From positions 2,528,001-2,592,000 of the forward strand of contig OZ250165.1 in NCBI GenBank assembly GCA_965238005.1: a stretch of 64,000 nucleotides of DNA, written 5' to 3'. How positions within the stretch are numbered: position 1 is the stretch's first letter; every line of letters starts with the position of its first letter. Made by a program: the position numbers and the translations under genes. The notes under the pieces are model-generated. The model was not told the origin of the DNA. It saw only the letters and a list, made by a program, of their open reading frames with translations, and searched no databases. The DNA is from Longimicrobiales bacterium. GTDB lineage: Bacteria; Gemmatimonadota; Gemmatimonadetes; Longimicrobiales; Gaopeijiaceae. Positions 19,231 to 30,995 of this stretch are shown in pieces.

Positions 19231-20754
19231 TCATGCGGCGGCGTATCGGGCCGTCACGTCCGTTTCTGCAGCGCCCGAGAGAATCCGGAACTCATCCTCC
19301 CTGAGCAGCGGATCATCCCTCATGTCCAGTGACAGCTTGGTATAGCGTCCCAGTCTCGGCAGGAAGTCCGGCTCGTCCTCGAGGATTCGCAGGGTCACTT
19401 CGGGATGCATCCGGATCAGGATCTCCCGCTCCTCGCCCTTGGCGGAAACTCTCCTGAGACTCCTCTCGATCTGGCGGACCACGGTTGCCGGAGTGTAGAC
19501 GCGGCCCCCGCCGTCGCAGTGATCACAGGTCTTGGTGAGGGAGTTGAAGAGAGACGGACGGACCCGCTGCCGTGTCATCTCCACCAATCCCAATCCCGAG
19601 ACCTCGAAGGCCTTGGTGCGGGCACGATCGCGCCCCAGGTGAGTCCTCAGCTCATGAAGGACACGATCGCGATTCTGCTGGGACTCCATGTCGATGAAGT
19701 CGCACACGATGATGCCCCCTATGTCCCGCAGCCGCAGCTGACGGGCGATCTCTTTCGCGGCATCCAGGTTGGTCTTGAGGATAGTGCTCTCGGCGTCCTT
19801 CTTCCCCTTGTAGCGCCCCGTATTGACGTCGATGGACACGAGCGCCTCGGTGGGCTCGATGATGATGTAGCCGCCGGAGGGCATGATCACCTTCTTCTCG
19901 AACGCCGCCTGGATCTCTTCTTCGATCCCGTGCTTGTCGAAGAGCGAGACCGAGTCCGAATAGAGCCGGACACGGCCCTTCAGGTCGGGCGCCACGCTCT
20001 TCACGTATTGGAGGATCTCGTTGTAGATCACTTTGTCGTCCACGGTGATCGACTCGAAGCGATTGCTGAAGAGGTCTCGAATCACCCCGCTGATGAGCTT
20101 CGCCTCACGGTGCAGGAGCGCCGGAGCCTTGGCACCTTCCCTCTTCTTGAGGATCTTCTTCCAGTTCGCGCTGAGGCGCTTGAACTCCTTCCTGAAGGTG
20201 TCCTCGTTGAGCTCCTCGCTCACGGTTCGGACGATGATGCCCCCGCTGTTCTTGGGCAGGATGCCCTTGGCGAGCTTGCGCAGCCGCGAGCGCTCGTCCC
20301 GATCCTCGATCTTCCGGCTGACGCCCACGTGGGACGAGCCGGGCATGTAGACGAGGAATCGACCCGGCAGCGAGACCTCGGCGGTCAGGCGAGGTCCCTT
20401 GTTACTGATGGGCTCCTTGGTGACCTGCACGATCACCTGCTGGCCCTTCTTAATGAGGTCCTGAATGGGAGGATACTTCTTCGGGCGGCGCCGTCTTCCT
20501 CCTCCACCGTCCTCCTCGTCGTCGTCACCCGTGTCGAGGTCGGCGACGTGGAGGAATCCCGCCTTGTCCGTTCCGATATCGACGAAAGCGGCCTGAATGC
20601 CGGGCAGAATCGACTCGACCTTGCCCAGATAGATGTCTCCGAGCAGACGCCCTTGATCGGGCCGGTCGAACATCAACTCGACCAACTGCTCGTCTTCCAT
20701 GAGCGCTACCCACGATTCGTGGGCTGTGGCGCTCACGAGGATTTCTCTCCTCAA
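19231..20754 (-). CDS. rne: Ribonuclease E/G family protein
   Basis: S1 domain (PGIQAAFVDIG), IDVNTG, QLRLRDIGGIIVCDFIDM, Zn-link CxxC; TTG start after an AAGGAG RBS. Confidence 0.95.
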   Translation of the reverse strand: MRREILVSATAHESWVALMEDEQLVELMFDRPDQGRLLGDIYLGKVESILPGIQAAFVDIGTDKAGFLHVADLDTGDDDEEDGGGGRRRRPKKYPPIQDLIKKGQQVIVQVTKEPISNKGPRLTAEVSLPGRFLVYMPGSSHVGVSRKIEDRDERSRLRKLAKGILPKNSGGIIVRTVSEELNEDTFRKEFKRLSANWKKILKKREGAKAPALLHREAKLISGVIRDLFSNRFESITVDDKVIYNEILQYVKSVAPDLKGRVRLYSDSVSLFDKHGIEEEIQAAFEKKVIMPSGGYIIIEPTEALVSIDVNTGRYKGKKDAESTILKTNLDAAKEIARQLRLRDIGGIIVCDFIDMESQQNRDRVLHELRTHLGRDRARTKAFEVSGLGLVEMTRQRVRPSLFNSLTKTCDHCDGGGRVYTPATVVRQIERSLRRVSAKGEEREILIRMHPEVTLRILEDEPDFLPRLGRYTKLSLDMRDDPLLREDEFRILSGAAETDVTARYAAA

Positions 20755-20934
20755 TGTATTTTTCTCCTTGGTCGGCTACTCGTGGCCAATCCCGCCGGTG
20801 CGCCCAGGCTACCCCGGCCTCGTCCCTTCCCTCGTTGCGGGGAGGAGCGAAGCCGGCCGCAGCTCAGGCCCGCGTGGCGCGCGCGACGTGCGCGCGCGCG
20901 ATTGGCGAGCCAGCGGCCCGAGTGAGCTTCCCTG

Positions 20935-22153
20935 TTATGCCAGCGCCGATCCGCCGAACGTCTCCTTGACGAGCTGTCGACCGATCACCAAACGCTGGAT
21001 CTCGTTAGTTCCCTCACCGATCTCGCAAACCTTGGCGTCGCGCATCATGCGCTCCACCGGGTAGTCGGCGGTGTAACCCGCCCCACCCATGATCTGGACC
21101 GCCTTGTGCGTGGCTCGCATGGCAAGCTCGGAACAGAAGAGCTTGGCCATCGAGGCCTCCTTCGTGAATGGCTGGTCGTGATCCTTGAGCCAGGCTGCGT
21201 GGTACGTGAGGTGCTTCCCTGCTTGAATGTCCGTGGCGATATCCGCCAACTCAAACTGAATGTTCTGGAAATCCCAGATCTTTTTTCCAAACTGTTCGCG
21301 CTCGTTCGCATACCGGAGCGCCGTTTCGAACGCCCCTTCGGCCAATCCCAGAGAGAGGGCCGCGAGGCCGATCCGGCCGGCGTCGAGGGTCTTCATGAAG
21401 TTGATGAAGCCCTCTCCCTCCTCACCGAGACGATCCTCTTCAGGGACGAGCGCATCTTCTATGAGCAGCTCCCGCGTGTCGGAAGCTCTCCACCCCATCT
21501 TGTCCTCTTTCTTGCCCGCCCGCACCCCCTCGAGGAACGGAAGGTCGTCGTCGTGCCCGAAGCCGAGGGACCGGGCCCGCTCCAGATCCACCGTCGGCTT
21601 GCACACGATGAAGCTCGAGATCCCGTGAGATCCCTGATCGGGTTGGGTCACCGCCGTGACCGTAAAGATCTCTCCCACACCCGCATGTGTGATGAAGATC
21701 TTCGATCCGCTTACGCGGTACCCGCCGTTCTCCCGGACGGCCCTCGCGGTGGTTCCCCCTGCATCGGATCCCGCTCCCGGCTCCGTGAGGCCGAAGCCCC
21801 CGAGGACTTTACCGCTCGCCAGAGGGCGAACATACCGCTCCCGCTGCGCATCCGTTCCGAATGCCAGGATCGGAGACGTGCCCAACGTGGTGTGGGCGGA
21901 CACGGTGATGGCGTGGCTCGCGTCGACCTTGGCGAGCTCCTCGACCACGAGAATGTAACTCAAGTAGTCGCGTCCCATACCCCCGAGCTCCCGGGGGACG
22001 GGCACTCCCAGGAGCCCCATGTCCCCCATCGCCTTGACCGTCTCCCAGGGGAACTCGTTCGACTCGTCGGCATCCCTCGCGATGGGTGCGATGGCCTCGC
22101 GGGCGAACGCCCGTACCTCTTTCACGAGGCAGTCGTGCTCTTCCGACAGATAT

Positions 22154-22161
<8 letters not shown>
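20935..22161 (-). CDS. Acyl-CoA dehydrogenase
   Basis: FGLTEPGAGSDAG, GSKIFIT, REQFGKKI, RMMRDAKVCEIGEGTNEIQR; ATG at 22161 overlaps the recQ stop. Confidence 0.93.
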
Positions 22162-23710
<1,549 letters not shown>

Positions 23711-23751
23711 GCGGGACCGTCGCCCGAGCGAGTGGGCACCTCAATGACGGT

Positions 23752-23937
23752 TCAGGCCCCCAGATCCTCCTCCTCTTCCGTCGGGTCTCGGTCCGGCGTG
23801 TAGCTCACCGCAATGCCAACGAGGAGCACGACCAGAGCCACCGTCACCAGCCAGGCGGCCTCCAGGAAGATGCCGCCCAAGCCGAGCACCGCGCCGATCC
23901 CGAAAAGCCGAATCCGCCACTCGAGAAGCCGTGCCAT
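23752..23937 (-). CDS. Small 2-TM membrane protein
   Basis: MARLLEWRIRLFGIGAVLGLGG...; start overlaps the upstream stop. Confidence 0.55.
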   Translation of the reverse strand: MARLLEWRIRLFGIGAVLGLGGIFLEAAWLVTVALVVLLVGIAVSYTPDRDPTEEEEDLGA

Positions 23938-24698
23938 CAGTGGCCCAGAAACCGTCGGACGCCCTCCCGACAGGCCTCGGTCCGGCGAGCGATGGCGTTC
24001 ACCTCCGAGCCCTTCGTGATGGCCTCTTCGAAGCCGGCCTCGTCCAGCTCGTAGAGCAGGCCCTTGGAGAGCTCCAACGCCGACGCCGGCTTCTGGGCGA
24101 GCGCCTCGAGGAACCGGGATGCGCCGGCCTCGAAATCGGCGGCCCCGAAGACTCGGTTGACCAGCCCGATCTGCCCTGCCCTCTCGGCCGAGATCCGCTC
24201 GCCCGTGGTCAAGAGCTCGAAGGCAACGGATTCCGTGACCTTGCGCCGCAAGATCGCCATGACCATGGCCGGGACGAAGCCGAGATTGACCTCCGGATAG
24301 CCGAACTCCGCGTCGTCGCTGGCCAGAACCAGGTCGCACGCGGTGGCCAGCCCGCAGCCGCCTGCCAAGGCCCGTCCGTGGACCACGGCGACGATGGGCT
24401 TGGGATGACGCCGCATCTGGATGAAGAGATTGCCGAGGGTCATGGCGTCGGCCACGCTCGCCTCGTGGCCCAGGTCGAGGGTCCGCTCCAGCTCTGCCAG
24501 GTCCGCCCCTGCACAGAAGTCCTCCCCCGCGCCCCGGATGGCGATGACGCGGACCGCGTCGTCGTCCGATGCACCGTGGAGTGCCTCCGCCAGCGCAGAC
24601 ATGAGCTCACCGTTCAAGGCGTTCCGCTTCTCCGCACGGTTGAGCGTCAACCGGCAGATCCCGTCCGAGACGTGCACCTCCAAGATCGAGGACGTCAT
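23937..24698 (-). CDS. Enoyl-CoA hydratase/isomerase (methylglutaconyl-CoA hydratase-like)
   Basis: LNRAEKRNAL, FCAGADL, ALAGGCGLATACD, PEVNLGFVPAMV. Confidence 0.88.
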   Translation of the reverse strand: MTSSILEVHVSDGICRLTLNRAEKRNALNGELMSALAEALHGASDDDAVRVIAIRGAGEDFCAGADLAELERTLDLGHEASVADAMTLGNLFIQMRRHPKPIVAVVHGRALAGGCGLATACDLVLASDDAEFGYPEVNLGFVPAMVMAILRRKVTESVAFELLTTGERISAERAGQIGLVNRVFGAADFEAGASRFLEALAQKPASALELSKGLLYELDEAGFEEAITKGSEVNAIARRTEACREGVRRFLGH

Positions 24699-25087
24699 GA
24701 GGGCTTCTCGCCTTCGGCGGCGGGGGCTCGTCCCCGACCTCGTACGGCCTCCGCGACCTCGGCGGGCACGTCGACCTCCAAGCGGAGCAGCGCCGTGCTG
24801 AAGACCTTCCCCTGAGCGTCGTTCATGAGAGACATGGTGCCTCCCCCGTCGAGGGCGTTGTGCAGCAGGAAGTTGAGGGCGCCGAGGTTGGGCAGCTCGA
24901 AGCGCTCCACTGGGCCGAGCACCATCTCGCCGAAATGCTCCTTCACGCGCTCCACCGTCACAACCTCCTTGAGGAGCTCGTAGTGGCTCGGATCGTAGGC
25001 GATCACGCCCACGTTGGCCGTGTCGCCCTTGTCACCGGAGCGGGCATGCGCAAGGTCGACGAGCTGGATCCGCGAGGGCCTAGACAT
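24695..25087 (-). CDS. AtuA-related small protein (separate C-terminal-domain homolog)
   Basis: [34 protein letters not shown]...DAQGK. Confidence 0.85.
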   Translation of the reverse strand: MSRPSRIQLVDLAHARSGDKGDTANVGVIAYDPSHYELLKEVVTVERVKEHFGEMVLGPVERFELPNLGALNFLLHNALDGGGTMSLMNDAQGKVFSTALLRLEVDVPAEVAEAVRGRGRAPAAEGEKPS

Positions 25088-26456
25088 CAAAGACCTCCAC
25101 CGTCAGATGAGGCTCCACCGCTTCCTTCTCGATCAGGGCCGGCCAATACGCCATGATCTCCTGAACACGAGGTCTGCCCCCGGCGAAACCCGTCACCGAG
25201 GGAGGCCCCGTCAGGACCAGAGGCGCGATCTCCCGCGTGAAGCGCTCCACCGCCGCCCGGTCCCTCCCTCGCACTCCCACGCGAAGCTGCAGCTCGGGCA
25301 GATCCGCAGGCGGCGGCCCGGCCAGAGCGCCGTGTGTCGAGTCCCAGCCCACCAGCTCCGTGCGCACCTCCAGAACGAGGCCGAGGCGTTCCAGACGCTC
25401 CCGGAGCACCCGGTCGGCCGCCCGGGCCTTGGCGGCCGCGTCGGGCCAGGCGTACGTCAGGGTGCCCACGGCCTTGAAGCCGTCGGAATAAGCGATGGAC
25501 ACCTTCATGAACTCCGTGGCCTCTCGGCCCCGGACTCCTTTGATCCGGACCCGGTCCTCGCCCTCGTCCTCGAGCTCGATGGTGGTGAAGTCGGCGACGA
25601 CGTCCGGAGTGATGTACGTCCGGGGATCTCCCATCTCGTAGACGATCTGCTCGGTGACCGTGCCCCGGGTGACCCGACCGCCCGATCCGTCGTTCTTGGT
25701 CACCACGAAAGTGCCGTCGGCGTTGGCCTCGATGATGGGAAAGCCGACTTCGGCCAGGTTCGGGACGGACCACCAGTCGATGAGGCAATTCCCGCCGGTA
25801 CATTGAGCGCCGCATTCGTTGATGTGCCCCGCCACCACTCCGGAGGCCAAGCGGTCCCAGTCGTCCAGGGCCCACCCGAACTCGTGGATCATGGGTCCGT
25901 ATTTAAGGGCCGTGTCGGTGGAGCGGCCCGTCACCACCACATCGGCTCCTAGACCGAGAGCCTGCAGGATGGGTCGGGCGCCCATGTAGACGTTGGCGCT
26001 CTGCACCCGATCACGGATGGCTCAGAGGGGCTCGTCCGTCTCCATGTTGCGGAGCTGATGGCCGTCGGCGAGGAACCCGTCGAGCCGGTCCATGAGGTCG
26101 TCGCCCACGACCATGCCCACGGTGGCCTTCCCTCCGACTCCGGCCTCCCGTCCCGCCTCGACCAGGGCCTCCGCACACCCGCGAGGATTCACGCCACCGG
26201 CGTTGGTGATCACCGTGATCTCTCGCTCCACGCACGTCGGGAAGATCCGGCGCATCAGGGGCACGAAGTCCCGGGCGTACCCGGCCGACGGGTCCCGGGC
26301 GCGTTGCTTCTGCAAGATGGACATGGTGACCTCGGCCAGGTAGTCCATCATGAGGTAGTCGATGGGGCCGCCCTCCACCTGGCGCACGGGCGCCTCGGGA
26401 TCGTCGCCCCAGAAGCCCTGTCCCGAGGCGATGCGTACGAGGTCCCCCTCAGCCAT
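25080..26456 (-). pseudogene. Acyclic terpene utilization AtuA family protein (DUF1446) with one in-frame TGA
   Basis: [50 protein letters not shown]. The sequence reads DEPL-TGA(26022-26024)[12 protein letters not shown] in one frame. Confidence 0.85.
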
Positions 26457-28215
26457 GGTCCGGCCCCGCAGCCCCCTCGAGGTTTGAGGTGGGGGGCCCC
26501 GCGTCCAAGTGGAAGGGTCCCAAATGGGGGCCCGGGTTGTTGAGGGCGGCCCTCAGGAGATGGATCAACGCCGGCCGGAGCTCCTCGGGCAGCACGATCT
26601 CATCGACGAAGCCCCGGGCCGCCGCGAAGCGGGCGTCGAGCTGCCGGTCGTAGTCCGCGCGAACCTCGTCCATGCGGGTGCTGAGGTCTTCGTCGGGCAC
26701 CTCCCCCTTGGCCTTGAGTTCCTCGAGCTGCCGACTGAAGAGCGCCATCACGGCGCTGTCTCCCTCCATCACGCCCATGCGGCCGGTCGGGAGAGACAGG
26801 ATGAAGTCCGGATCGAATCCCTGCCCGGCCATGGCGTATTAGCCCGCGCCCGATGCGTGGTTCAGGGTGAGTACGAGCTTGGGCACGGTGGCAGTGGCCA
26901 TGGCCTCCACGAAGCGGGCCCCGGCGCGGATGATCCCCGAGTGCTCGGCCTCGGGTCCGACCATGAAGCCCGACACGTCCTGGACGAACAGAATTGGCGT
27001 CCGTTGGCGGTTCATGGTCTCGATGAAATACGCCACCTTCTCGGCACTCTCCGTATAGATGATCCCCCCGAAGCGGGGCGGGCCGGGCCGATCGTCCTGG
27101 ATCACGGTCCGCGCGTTGGCGATGACGCCCAAGGGCATCCCTCCGATGAACCCCATCCCGCAGATCATCTCGGCGGCATGGTCGGGCTGGAACTCGTCGA
27201 GCGCCTCCCCGTCGAGAATGCACGCCAGCACGGCACGCATGTCGTAGGGCTGACGGTGGTCCGCCGGGAGGAGATCATAGAGGTCCACAGGGTCACGAGC
27301 AGGGGGTGAGCCTCCTCCTCCTCCTCCTCCTCCTCCTCCTCCTCCTCCTCCTCCTCCTCCTGCTTCTGCTCCTGCTCCCGCTCCCCGAGTGGGAATACGT
27401 GTGGACGGGTCCCCGGGCAGCTCGTAGATCAGCCTCCGGAGCTTGGTCAAACAAGTCTGGTCGTCCGGCATCATGTAGTGGGCGACGCCGCTCACCTCGG
27501 TATGCACCCGGGCGCCGCCCAGCTCCTCCGAATCCACCGTCTGCCCCGTCGCCCCTTTCACGAGGTTCGGCCCCCCGAGGCCCATGAAGCTCGTCCCCTC
27601 CACCATGAGGATGACGTCGGAGAGGGCGGGCAGGTATGCGCCGCCTGCGATACACGGTCCCATGACCGCTGCGAGCTGGGGAATCCCCAGATAGCGGCGC
27701 ATGATGGAGTTGTAGTAGAAGATGCGAGCGGCCCCGTACTGCCCCGGAAACACGCCGCTCTGGTACGGCAGATTCACTCCAGCGGAGTCCACGAGATACA
27801 CGATGGGGATGCGGCAACGCATGGCGATCTCCTGGGCCCGGAGCATCTTTGTGATGGTCTCGGGCCACCAGGATCCCGCCTTGACGGTGGCGTCGTTTGC
27901 CACGACCACGACCTCACGCCCTTCGACAACGCCCACCCCCGTCACCACGCCTGCTCCGGGAGCCTGGCCGTCGTACTGGTCATAGGCCACGAGCATGCCG
28001 ACCTCGACCCAGGTGCTCCCGGAGTCCAGCAGCCGCCCCACCCGCTCGCGGGCCGTCAGCTTGCCCTGGTCGTGCTGGCGTTGGATCCGTTTGGGGCCAC
28101 CCCCTTGGAGGAGCGCCGAACGAAGCTCCGTGAGCTCTTCCGCCAGCGTGGCGAGGCGACCCTGGCCCAGGGTGGTCCGAGAATCCTCGGTCGTCGCGTC
28201 CCCGGGTTGGGTCAC
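26449..28215 (-). pseudogene. Acyl-CoA carboxylase carboxyltransferase subunit (MccB/AtuC-like) with one in-frame TAA
   Basis: GKLTARER, ANDATVKAG, GPCIAGGAY, GGPNLVKGATG, QDVSGFMVG. The sequence reads ASGAG-TAA(26839-26841)-YAMAGQGF in one frame. Confidence 0.85.
27311..27361. repeat. (CCT)17 / (AGG)17 trinucleotide microsatellite encoding poly-Gly
   Basis: 51-bp perfect repeat in the interdomain linker of the carboxyltransferase. Confidence 0.95.
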
Positions 28216-28216
28216 G

Positions 28217-28636
28217 TCAGACCCTTTCCTCGCGTGTAGTGAACCAATCACGGACGTACGCCACGGCGTCGGCGGTGGACGTGCCGGGGCCGAAAAGCTT
28301 CCCCACGCCCTGCCCCGAGAGCGCGTGCATGTCCCCCTCGGAGATGATTCCGCCCCCGGTGAGGAGCATGTGGTCCGCGCCCTCTTCCCTGAGCAGCTCC
28401 AGGACCCTCGGAAAGAGCGTCATGTGGGCCCCCGACAGGACTGACAAGGCTACCACATCCACGTCCTCCTGGACGGCGGCATTTACGATCATCTCGGGCG
28501 TCTGATGGAGACCCGTGTAGATGACCTCGAAACCGGCGTCCCTGAAGGACGCGGCGATGACCTTGGCCCCGCGGTCGTGGCCATCCAACCCAGGCTTGGC
28601 CACCAGCACTCGAATCTGTCGATCCTCCGACGACAT
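28217..28636 (-). CDS. Acyl-CoA mutase small subunit, cobalamin-binding (IcmB/McmB-like)
   Basis: [38 protein letters not shown]. Confidence 0.93.
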   Translation of the reverse strand: MSSEDRQIRVLVAKPGLDGHDRGAKVIAASFRDAGFEVIYTGLHQTPEMIVNAAVQEDVDVVALSVLSGAHMTLFPRVLELLREEGADHMLLTGGGIISEGDMHALSGQGVGKLFGPGTSTADAVAYVRDWFTTREERV

Positions 28637-28834
28637 GGGATTCTCCGTTTGGAATGCTCCAGGCGCGATCCCGTCTGGTCGCGCAAAGCGCTTCAAATCT
28701 ATCGGTTTGAGAGGGGTCGTCACATGTCGCTGGACAAACAGGGCATTCATGCATAACATCGGCCAGATTCAGGCCGTCGGACGGCAGTCCGGCCGCAGTG
28801 GGATTCAATCGCTCCAGTCTGGAGGAGATGATCG

Positions 28835-29257
28835 ATGGCGCGGATTCGTGTCACGCTGAAGTGGATCAAGATTCTCGACAAGCTCGAACCGTTCTTCAAG
28901 GAGACGGGAGAGTTCCGGTTCCGTTCGCATGTCTCGAGTGAGAACAGTGGCGGTCTCTCGGAGGAGACCCGCTTCCCCGAGGAGGGTCACTACTCCCTCT
29001 CGGACAAGCCAGGCTGGAATTTCGTCACTCTGAACAAGGTGCTGTTCGAGGGCGATGTGGAGGACCACCTGGTCGTCGATCTGTTCGGCGAAGAGATCGA
29101 CGTCCTCTCCGCCAACGACGAGCTCGATCGGTACCGCAGGGAGTTCAAGGGACCGGTCGACGACTGGGCAGGACTCTACGAGCCTGCGGACGAGGGATCG
29201 TCGGATCCGGAAGCCATGTCCAACTGGCGCATCAGCTACATCATAGAGAGACTCTGA
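28835..29257 (+). CDS. Hypothetical acidic beta-rich protein
   Basis: GGAGGAG RBS, 140-aa ORF with host-like codon usage; no recognised family. Confidence 0.7.
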   Translation: MARIRVTLKWIKILDKLEPFFKETGEFRFRSHVSSENSGGLSEETRFPEEGHYSLSDKPGWNFVTLNKVLFEGDVEDHLVVDLFGEEIDVLSANDELDRYRREFKGPVDDWAGLYEPADEGSSDPEAMSNWRISYIIERL

Positions 29258-29261
29258 GTCC

Positions 29262-30986
29262 CTAAAAGAAGACGGGCTCCTTGTAGCTTCCGAAGACCAC
29301 CTCCATGGCATGCCGGATCTCGTACAACGTGCAGTCGGCCCGTGCACAGTCGAGGATCGCCGGCACCACGTTGCCACCGTCGCGACACACAGCTTCGAGG
29401 GTCTGTAAGGTCTCCTGCACGCGGTCGTCGTCCCTGAGGGCTCGAAGCTCGGCCATGCGCCGACGCTGACGCTCCTCCACGGACGCATCGATCTTGAGGG
29501 TATCGATCTCGATGTCCTCCGAGCCCTCGGTGAACTCGTTCACGCCCACCACCAGCCGCCGGGACGACTCCACTTCGTTCTGCTGGCGTAGGGCCGAGTG
29601 CGCGATCTCGGATTGGAAGAAGCCCGTCTCGATGCCCGGAACGACCCCGCCCAGCTCGTCGATCTGCCGGAAGAGGTCGAGGGCCTCGGCCTCGAGCCGG
29701 TCCGTAAGGGATTCCACGTAATAGGAGCCCGCCAGCGGATCGATGGTGTTGGGCACGCCGCTCTCGTAGGCGAGGATCTGCTGTGTACGAAGCGCGATCC
29801 GGACGGTCTTCTCCGTGGGGAGCGCCAGGGTCTCGTCCATGGAGTTGGTGTGCAGCGATTGGGTTCCACCCAGCACGGCGGCCATGGCCTGGTACGCAAC
29901 GCGCACGATGTTGTTCTCGGGCTGCTGCGCCATGAGGCTGACCCCGGCAGTCTGTGCGTGGGTACGGAGCCTCCACGCGTCCGGATTCGTGGCGCCGTAT
30001 GTGTCGCGCATGGCCCGAGCCCAGATCCGTCGCGCCGCCCGGAACTTCGCGATCTCCTCGAAGAAGTCGTTGTGGACGTCGAAGAAGAACGAGAGCCGTG
30101 GAGCGAAGCGGTTCACGTCCAGGCCCCGCTCTATTCCCCTCTCCACGTACTCGAAGCCGTTCCTCAGCGTGAACGCCAGCTCCTGGGCGGCCGTGGCACC
30201 GGCCTCCCGAATGTGGTAGCCGGAGATGGAGATCGGGTTGTACTTGGGCGCGTGCTCCGCGCACCACTCGAACATGTCGACGATGCAGCGCAGCGCAGGC
30301 TCCGGCGGGAAGATCCAGGCGTGCTGCGCCTGGTACTCCTTGAGGATGTCGTTCTGGACGGTACCTCGGAGCTTATCCGGCGAGATGCCTTGCCGCTCGG
30401 CCGCCGCCACGTAGAAGCAGTAGAGGATGACGGCCGGCCCGTTGATGGTCATGGAGACCGAGACCTGGTCGAGGGGGATGCCCTCGAAGAGCGTCTCCAT
30501 GTCGTGCGGGGATGAGATGGCCACCCCGCAGACACCTACCTCCCCCAGAGAGCGCGGGTGGTCGCTGTCGTAGCCCATCAGGGTGGGAAAGTCGAAGGCC
30601 ACGGACAGGCCCGTGGTGCCGTGGTTCAGAAGGTACCTGTACCGCTCGTTCGTCTCCTCGGACGTGGCGAAGCCCGCGAATTGACGCATGGTCCAGAGGC
30701 GCGTGCGGTACATGGTGGAGTAGGGACCACGAGTGAACGGGAACCGGCCGGGAACCCCCAGGGCATCCTCGTAGCTCTCAGCCCCTGCCCGGTCGGCCGG
30801 CGTATAGAGCGGCTTTACGTCCATACCGGAAAGAGTCGTGAAGAGCCCGTCCCGCGTGGGCGTCGCCTCGAACTCCTCCTCCCACGCCTTCAGCTGCTCC
30901 CGCAGCCTGTCGATCTCGGCCTTCTGTGCGGCCACCTGCTCCATCAGGTCGCCGGGAGAAGTCATATCCCGTTCAAGAGTGGACAT
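29262..30986 (-). CDS. B12-dependent acyl-CoA mutase large subunit with isobutyryl-CoA-mutase-type residues (IcmA-like)
   Basis: PFTRGPY, WTMRQFAGF, GLSVAFDFPT, QNDILKEYQAQ, ISISGYHIREAG, QSLHTNSMDE; no fused B12 domain. Confidence 0.9.
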   Translation of the reverse strand: MSTLERDMTSPGDLMEQVAAQKAEIDRLREQLKAWEEEFEATPTRDGLFTTLSGMDVKPLYTPADRAGAESYEDALGVPGRFPFTRGPYSTMYRTRLWTMRQFAGFATSEETNERYRYLLNHGTTGLSVAFDFPTLMGYDSDHPRSLGEVGVCGVAISSPHDMETLFEGIPLDQVSVSMTINGPAVILYCFYVAAAERQGISPDKLRGTVQNDILKEYQAQHAWIFPPEPALRCIVDMFEWCAEHAPKYNPISISGYHIREAGATAAQELAFTLRNGFEYVERGIERGLDVNRFAPRLSFFFDVHNDFFEEIAKFRAARRIWARAMRDTYGATNPDAWRLRTHAQTAGVSLMAQQPENNIVRVAYQAMAAVLGGTQSLHTNSMDETLALPTEKTVRIALRTQQILAYESGVPNTIDPLAGSYYVESLTDRLEAEALDLFRQIDELGGVVPGIETGFFQSEIAHSALRQQNEVESSRRLVVGVNEFTEGSEDIEIDTLKIDASVEERQRRRMAELRALRDDDRVQETLQTLEAVCRDGGNVVPAILDCARADCTLYEIRHAMEVVFGSYKEPVFF

Positions 30987-30995
30987 GGTCGAAGT

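Noticed and set aside
26022..26024. In-frame TGA in atuA as selenocysteine or programmed readthrough
   Set aside because: It is not in a Cys-type motif, I could not support a SECIS-like hairpin, and the neighbouring gene has a TAA lesion; a nonsense mutation is simpler.
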